Part shown: positions 38,594 to 43,424 of the stretch, one piece after another
Layout of the letters: each line of letters starts with the position of its first letter
Position numbering within the stretch: position 1 is the first letter of the stretch
Assembly: GCA_038243365.1 (NCBI GenBank)
Contig: JBBSRE010000001.1
Coordinates: 1 to 43,424, forward strand
Source: Burkholderiales bacterium
Lineage (GTDB): Bacteria > Pseudomonadota > Gammaproteobacteria > Burkholderiales > Burkholderiaceae_C
Direction of reading: 5' to 3'
DNA length: 43,424 nt
The notes under the pieces: generated by a model
The model's input: the letters and a program-made list of their open reading frames with translations, nothing else
What the model was told of the DNA's origin: nothing
The model's database searches: none
Program-made: the position numbers and the translations under genes

Positions 38594-39526
38594 TCAGTAC
38601 ACGTGAGCCCCGTTCCCAGACAGCGCGCTCGGTGTTTGCTCCGTCAAAAAATCCAGAAATGCGCGCGTGCGTGCCGGAAGCATGCGCTGCGTCGGCAGGG
38701 CCGCATAGATGGTGTAGCGCGAAAGGATCCACTCTGGAAGCACGTGAATCAATGCGCCGCTGTCAAGAAAACGCTGCGCCAGGAGACGCGGAACCACGGC
38801 GATGCCAGTGCCATCGAGCACCGCGCGCAGCAGCACATCGGTGCTGGTCGATTGCAACACCACGGGCAGGCTCAGCTCGCACGCTTCTCCATCGCCTGAC
38901 ACCGGTTTAAGCCTGAGTTTGCGCATTCCGCGGGTGATGTTTCCGGTGTCCCGCAGAAAATCGTGCTGCTCGAGATCGGCGGGCGCGCTCGGGGCGCCGC
39001 GTCGCAGCAGGTAGCCCGGCGACGCCACCACAATGGCTTCGCCATCGAACAACTTGCGCGCAACGATGTTGCCGTCAAAGCCCTCGGGCACCACCAGCAG
39101 ACTCACATCGTACGATTCCACGCGGCTCGCAATCAGGTGATCGGTAGAGATGTCGAGCACCAGCTTGGGGTGGAGCTCGCGCCAGCGCGGGATCAGCGGC
39201 GCCAGAAAATAGGTGGCCAAGGCAGGCGGCGCAGCCACGTGGATGGTGCCCTGCAGCGCGCGGGTGCTAGCAGCGGTGGCGGCTTCGGCCTCTTCCACAT
39301 CCAACAGAATGCCGCGAACGCGCGACAAATAGGCGTCGCCCGCCTCGGTCAGCGCCACCTTGCGCGTGGTGCGATTCAGCAGCCGTGTGTTGAGATGCTG
39401 CTCCAGATCAGCCACCACCCGGGTGACGACCGGCGGAGACATATCGAGGGCACGGGCAGCTGCCGCAAAGCCGCCCTCGTCGACGACGCGCGCGAAGACC
39501 TTCATCGCCTGCAGCCTGTCCATCAT
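38594..39526 (-). CDS. LysR family transcriptional regulator (CrgA/DmlR-like)
   Basis: MDRLQAMKVF..VVDEGGFAAAAR HTH, LLNRTTR, VASPGYL, RAFLDFL. Confidence 0.93.
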   Translation of the reverse strand: MMDRLQAMKVFARVVDEGGFAAAARALDMSPPVVTRVVADLEQHLNTRLLNRTTRKVALTEAGDAYLSRVRGILLDVEEAEAATAASTRALQGTIHVAAPPALATYFLAPLIPRWRELHPKLVLDISTDHLIASRVESYDVSLLVVPEGFDGNIVARKLFDGEAIVVASPGYLLRRGAPSAPADLEQHDFLRDTGNITRGMRKLRLKPVSGDGEACELSLPVVLQSTSTDVLLRAVLDGTGIAVVPRLLAQRFLDSGALIHVLPEWILSRYTIYAALPTQRMLPARTRAFLDFLTEQTPSALSGNGAHVY

Positions 39527-39552
39527 TTACTTCCGCGGGTGCGAGCGCGTTC

Positions 39553-40017
39553 TCAGGCCGGCGCTCCATAGTTGCGGGTCAGCGATTCGGCCACACAGGC
39601 GGGCTTGTCGCCGCCCTCGCGCTCGATCGTCACCAACCAGGTCATCTGCAGCCCGTCGGGCTCGATCACTTCGGCTTGCTCAAGCTTCAGGCGTGCGCGC
39701 AGGCGGCTGCCGACTGGCACCGGCGAGGTGAAGCGCACCCGATTCAACCCGTAATTCACACCCATGCGAGCCCCCTCGATGGCAATGCCGGTCTCGAAGA
39801 ACCGGGGAATCAGTGAGAGCGTCAGGAAGCCATGGGCAATAGGCGCGCCGAATGGTCCTTGGGCAGCGCGCTCAGGGTCAATGTGGATCCACTGGTGGTC
39901 ACCCGTGGCATCGGCAAACTGGTTCACCTGCTCCTGCGTGATGGTGATCCAGTCGGTCACAGCGACTTCCTGGCCCACGCTGGCGGCGACTTCGGTGTAG
40001 GAACGAAAAGTTTTCAT
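39553..40017 (-). CDS. MaoC family dehydratase
   Basis: FADATGDHQWIHIDP, IAHGFLTLSL, NYGLNRVRF. Confidence 0.93.
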   Translation of the reverse strand: MKTFRSYTEVAASVGQEVAVTDWITITQEQVNQFADATGDHQWIHIDPERAAQGPFGAPIAHGFLTLSLIPRFFETGIAIEGARMGVNYGLNRVRFTSPVPVGSRLRARLKLEQAEVIEPDGLQMTWLVTIEREGGDKPACVAESLTRNYGAPA

Positions 40018-40096
40018 GGCAGCAATGTAGGGGCGGTTTGGAGGCGGGCTTGTCGGGCGTGGGACAGACGGCTGATCGAGCGTGGCGGATGGCGAT

Positions 40097-40717
40097 TCAT
40101 GGGCCGTCCAGCCACTCACAGATTCCTTGCCACTGCTCCAGGTCGCGCGCCACCCGGGCGGGCGGCACGTCAAACACCGACAGGCCATGCGCCGCCAGGT
40201 GCAGGTAGTTCTGGGTATTGCGAAGAGTGCCGAGCACCGGCAGCCCCAGGCCTTCGACAAAGTGCTGCAGTTGCTCAGCGGCCTTGGTGCGCGGATCGAC
40301 CCGCATGCCGACGATACCCACCGGCGTGCTCACGGTGGCACGATGCGCGGCCAACTGGTTCAGAAATTCCTGCGTGGCGAAGATGTCGAACACGCTGGGT
40401 TGCAGCGGCACCACGATGCGGTCTGCCAGTTTGAGCACATCGCTCAGCCGCCAACCGGTCATGCCGGCCGGTGTGTCCAACACCACGTGGGTGCTGCCGC
40501 GCGGGGGCTTGGCGATGACGTCCGCGCCAATGTCCCATGTGCCGATAGGTCTTGCTTGCGCCGGCCGCAAGCCGAGCCACAGGCGCGACGATTGCTGGCG
40601 GTCGGCGTCGCCCAGCAGCACGGGGTGACCCTGGCAGGCCAGGTAGCCTGCAATGTTGGTCGACAGCGTCGACTTACCGACGCCGCCCTTGGGGTTTGCG
40701 ACCACGATCACCGACAC
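40097..40717 (-). CDS. Short ParA/MinD family ATPase
   Basis: NPKGGVGKST deviant Walker A, DADRQ, LDTPAG. Confidence 0.92.
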   Translation of the reverse strand: MSVIVVANPKGGVGKSTLSTNIAGYLACQGHPVLLGDADRQQSSRLWLGLRPAQARPIGTWDIGADVIAKPPRGSTHVVLDTPAGMTGWRLSDVLKLADRIVVPLQPSVFDIFATQEFLNQLAAHRATVSTPVGIVGMRVDPRTKAAEQLQHFVEGLGLPVLGTLRNTQNYLHLAAHGLSVFDVPPARVARDLEQWQGICEWLDGP

Positions 40718-40736
40718 AACACGTCTCCCCGAAGTT

Positions 40737-40796
40737 ATTGGGAAAATGGCCTCTAAGGCAATATAGGCAAGCGCAAGCAGCTATTAAATATATAGC
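40737..40796 (-). repeat. Dispersed palindromic repeat, copy 6 (3 bp after the rhtB stop)
   Basis: GCTATATATTTAATAGC-TGCTTGCGC-TTGCCTATA-TTGCCTTAGAGGCCATTTTCC. Confidence 0.85.
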
Positions 40797-40799
40797 ATA

Positions 40800-41483
40800 T
40801 CAAGCCGCCGCTTGGCCGCCTCGGCGTACAAAGAACAGCCCTGCGCCGACCGCCATCAGCACGCCGCCGAACACCCGGTTCTGGTTGCGCTGTGCACGCG
40901 GGCTCTGCAGCAGGCGCCGCAGACTGCTGGCGCTCAAGGCGTAACCATGCATCACCGTCATGTCGATGGCAACTGACGTCAGTGCCATCGCCAGCAGCTG
41001 CAACCACAGCGGGCGCGCATCGGTCATGAACTGCGGCAATACCGCGACCATGAAAACGATGCCTTTGGGGTTGGTCGCATTGGTCAGGAAACCGGTGGCA
41101 AAGCGCCGCTGCCAAGTCCCGGCCGGAGCGCTCAGCTTGCGTGGAGCCACACCCGATGGCTGCGTCGACGATTCAACCAGAGCAACCGGCCCGTCATCGA
41201 CGCGGGCGCGCCACTGGCTAAGCCCGACGAAAATCAGATAGCAGGCGCCTGCCACCTTCACCACGCTGAAAGCCAGCTCTGATGCCAGCAAGAGCGAGCC
41301 GACTCCAGCGCCTGCCACCAGCAAAAGCAGCAGCAGCCCCAATTGGAGACCCAGGATAGTGGCCGTGGTCTGGCGCACTCCGTACGACAGCCCGTGGCTC
41401 ATGGAGAGCACCGCGCCTGAGCCGGGCGACAGCGCGATGACGAAGGTAGCAGCGGCGAAAGCGAGCCAGGTATGGATATCCAT
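40800..41483 (-). CDS. rhtB: LysE/RhtB family amino-acid efflux protein
   Basis: ALSPGSGAVLSMSHGL, GACYLI, TNATNPKGIVF..AVLPQF; start at MDIHTW. Confidence 0.85.
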   Translation of the reverse strand: MDIHTWLAFAAATFVIALSPGSGAVLSMSHGLSYGVRQTTATILGLQLGLLLLLLVAGAGVGSLLLASELAFSVVKVAGACYLIFVGLSQWRARVDDGPVALVESSTQPSGVAPRKLSAPAGTWQRRFATGFLTNATNPKGIVFMVAVLPQFMTDARPLWLQLLAMALTSVAIDMTVMHGYALSASSLRRLLQSPRAQRNQNRVFGGVLMAVGAGLFFVRRGGQAAA

Positions 41484-41651
41484 TTGGGAGCCAAAGAAAA
41501 AAAAGGGATCGTGAGAGCACGAGGGTGGCGCGGGCGAAGCGCCGCAAAGGCGGGATCTTAGAACTTGCGAACGATTGGATGGCTTTCTTCGCCAGGTCTT
41601 CCCTCGGGCCCGGGGCGCGCTAACACTCTCCCTGCGCTCAGCAGCCGCACG

Positions 41652-41711
41652 CAAGCCTTGGGGCTGGGCGCCGTCATTGGCTACCTCGCTGCCAGTATCG
41701 CTATCGGGCCA
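41652..41711 (+). pseudogene. kefC: Relic fragment of a KefC/KefB (CPA2) potassium efflux gene
   Basis: QALGLGAVIGYLAASIAIGP matches the KefC/KefB N-terminal motif LGLGSVLGYLIAGxIIGP; no upstream or downstream coding continuation. Confidence 0.7.
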
Positions 41712-41717
41712 CCGCGC

Positions 41718-41764
41718 CCGCTAGCGCTTATGCACTATGCGCAAGCAGCTATCTAATCAATAGC
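41718..41764 (-). repeat. Dispersed palindromic repeat, copy 7 (4 bp after the pcaF stop; 3' tail missing)
   Basis: GCTATTGATTAGATAGC-TGCTTGCGC-ATAGTGCAT-AAGCGCTAGCGG. Confidence 0.85.
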
Positions 41765-41768
41765 AATC

Positions 41769-42971
41769 TTAAACGCGCTCTAGCAGCAGCGCAATCCCCT
41801 GCCCCACGCCAATGCACATGGTGCACAGCGCGTAGCGACCGCCGGTGGCGTGCAGGCGGTTGACCGCAGTGGTCGCCAGGCGCGCACCGCTGGCGCCCAG
41901 TGGGTGGCCCAGCGCGATGGCGCCGCCCCATGCGTTTACGCGCGGGTCATCGTCCTGAAGGCCCAGCAGACGCAACACCGCCAGGCCCTGCGCCGCAAAC
42001 GCCTCATTGAGTTCAATCACATCGATCTGGTCCAGCGACACGCCGGTTTGTGCCAGGAGTTTCTGCGTCGCGGGCGCCGGGCCAATGCCCATCACCCGCG
42101 GCGCCACGCCGGCCACGGCCATGCCCACGACGCGGGCGCGTGGCGTCAAGCCATGGCGCGCGGCATCCGCTTCGCTGGCCAGCAGCAGGGCGCAGGCGCC
42201 ATCGTTCACTCCGCTGGCATTGCCGGCGGTCACCGTGCCTTCGGGATGCACGATGGGTTTGAGCCGGGCGAGCGCCTCCATACTGGTCTCGCGCGGATGC
42301 TCGTCCACGCTCACCACCAGCGGATCGCCTTTCTTTTGCGCGAGTGACACCGGCACGATTTCGCGTGCCAGGTGGCCGGCCTGCTGCGCAGCAAGCGCGT
42401 GCTGTTGGCTGGCCAGCGCCATGCGGTCTTGCGCCTCCCGCGTGATGCCGTGCTCGCGCGCCACGTTCTCAGCCGTCTCTGGCATGGAATCAATGCCGTA
42501 CTGCGCCTTCATCGCCTTGTTGACAAAGCGCCAGCCAATGGTGGTGTCGTAGACCGCATTGCTTCGGCCAAAGGCCGACTCCATCTTGGGCATGACAAAC
42601 GGCGCGCGGCTCATGCTCTCGACGCCGCCGGCCATCATCAGCCCGGCCTCGCCTGCCTTGATGGCACGCGCTGCGGTTCCCACTGCATCCAGCCCGGAGC
42701 CGCACAAGCGGTTAAGCGTGGCGCCCGGCACATCTACCGGCAAACCCGCCAGCAGCGCCGCCATGCGGGCCACATTGCGGTTGTCTTCGCCGGCCTGGTT
42801 GGCACACCCGTAGAGCACATCGGAGAGCTGCGCCCAATCCACGCCAGCGTTGCGCTCCATCAACGCTCGGATGGGGATAGCGCCGAGGTCGTCGGCGCGT
42901 ACCGAACTAAGCGCGCCGGCATAGCGGCCGAAGGGGGTGCGGATGGCGTCACAGATAAAAGCGTCTGGCAT
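41769..42971 (-). CDS. pcaF: 3-oxoadipyl-CoA thiolase
   Basis: GCANQAGEDNRNVARM, NRLCGSG, YDTTIGWRFVN, NEAFAAQ, GHPLGASG, CIGVGQG. Confidence 0.93.
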   Translation of the reverse strand: MPDAFICDAIRTPFGRYAGALSSVRADDLGAIPIRALMERNAGVDWAQLSDVLYGCANQAGEDNRNVARMAALLAGLPVDVPGATLNRLCGSGLDAVGTAARAIKAGEAGLMMAGGVESMSRAPFVMPKMESAFGRSNAVYDTTIGWRFVNKAMKAQYGIDSMPETAENVAREHGITREAQDRMALASQQHALAAQQAGHLAREIVPVSLAQKKGDPLVVSVDEHPRETSMEALARLKPIVHPEGTVTAGNASGVNDGACALLLASEADAARHGLTPRARVVGMAVAGVAPRVMGIGPAPATQKLLAQTGVSLDQIDVIELNEAFAAQGLAVLRLLGLQDDDPRVNAWGGAIALGHPLGASGARLATTAVNRLHATGGRYALCTMCIGVGQGIALLLERV

Positions 42972-43046
42972 GGAGTCTCCTGTTTGCAGACGGACACTCT
43001 ACCCAGTGCCTCGACGCGTGATTGCTGCCTGCGGGACAATGTCGCC

Positions 43047-43424
43047 ATGTTCAATCCCACTCAAGCAGATGTGCGGCGCTTTTTGTGCGGCGTACATGCC
43101 AAAACCGGCGAGCAGGCGCCGATGGAGGCGATAGAAACGCTGGCCGGTCTTTGGATTGCGGAGCACCCGGAGTACCACGGCGATCTCGCGGATGTGGAAG
43201 CTGCGTTATTACGCGATTATGGTGACGCGCCCGCCCAGGCCAACCCGTTTTTGCACCTCTCGATGCACCTGTCGGTCAGCGAGCAGTGCAGCATCGACCA
43301 GCCTCGCGGCATTCGTCAGGCGGTGGAATTGCTGGCACGTCGCCTCGACTCTTTGCACGACGCCCACCACGTGGTCATGGACTACTTGGGGGAAATGCTT
43401 GAGACGAGCCAGCGCTCAGGCACG
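43047..43424 (+). CDS. DUF1841 family protein (3'-truncated by window, absent from the ORF track)
   Basis: MFNPTQADVRRF...HPEYH...NPFLHLSMHLSVSEQCSIDQPRGI...HDAHH; frame open to the window end. Confidence 0.88.
   Translation, partial: MFNPTQADVRRFLCGVHAKTGEQAPMEAIETLAGLWIAEHPEYHGDLADVEAALLRDYGDAPAQANPFLHLSMHLSVSEQCSIDQPRGIRQAVELLARRLDSLHDAHHVVMDYLGEMLETSQRSGT

Noticed and set aside
40097-40717. parA as evidence of a plasmid or prophage
   Set aside because: No parB, rep or integrase nearby; short orphan ParA-family gene among core genes
1788-41764. Repeat copies as a CRISPR array or IS ends
   Set aside because: Copies are dispersed and degenerate, with no spacers, cas genes or transposase in the window

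Overview
GC-rich betaproteobacterial chromosome segment. Gene content and order suggest Comamonadaceae (Acidovorax/Simplicispira-like); this is an inference. It is mostly core genome: 3' end of NADP-malic enzyme, gpsA-secB-grxC-rhodanese, gpmA, ctpA, moeB, coaD-rsmD-two M16 peptidases, ftsY, rpoH (with a CIRCE operator), the aa3/caa3-type cytochrome c oxidase and assembly cluster, bioC-like/comF, trmL, lysR, maoC, parA-like, rhtB, pcaF and a DUF1841 gene. Two regulatory modules are embedded. One is a CHASE3 kinase/UvrY-like regulator next to a stress-gene operon, with two GacA/UvrY-like boxes. The other is a five-gene REC/HDOD/PAS-kinase/HD-GYP cassette. The most striking feature is a dispersed ~62-bp double-hairpin repeat (GCTAT-N7-ATAGC-TGCTYGCGC-N9-AAGCGCT...) present 7 times. 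Four copies are built into genes: two encode signal peptides in the same frame, one supplies the gpsA start codon and one the rsmD stop codon. A fifth sits at the break point of a kefC relic. No tRNA, rRNA, CRISPR array or transposase was seen.
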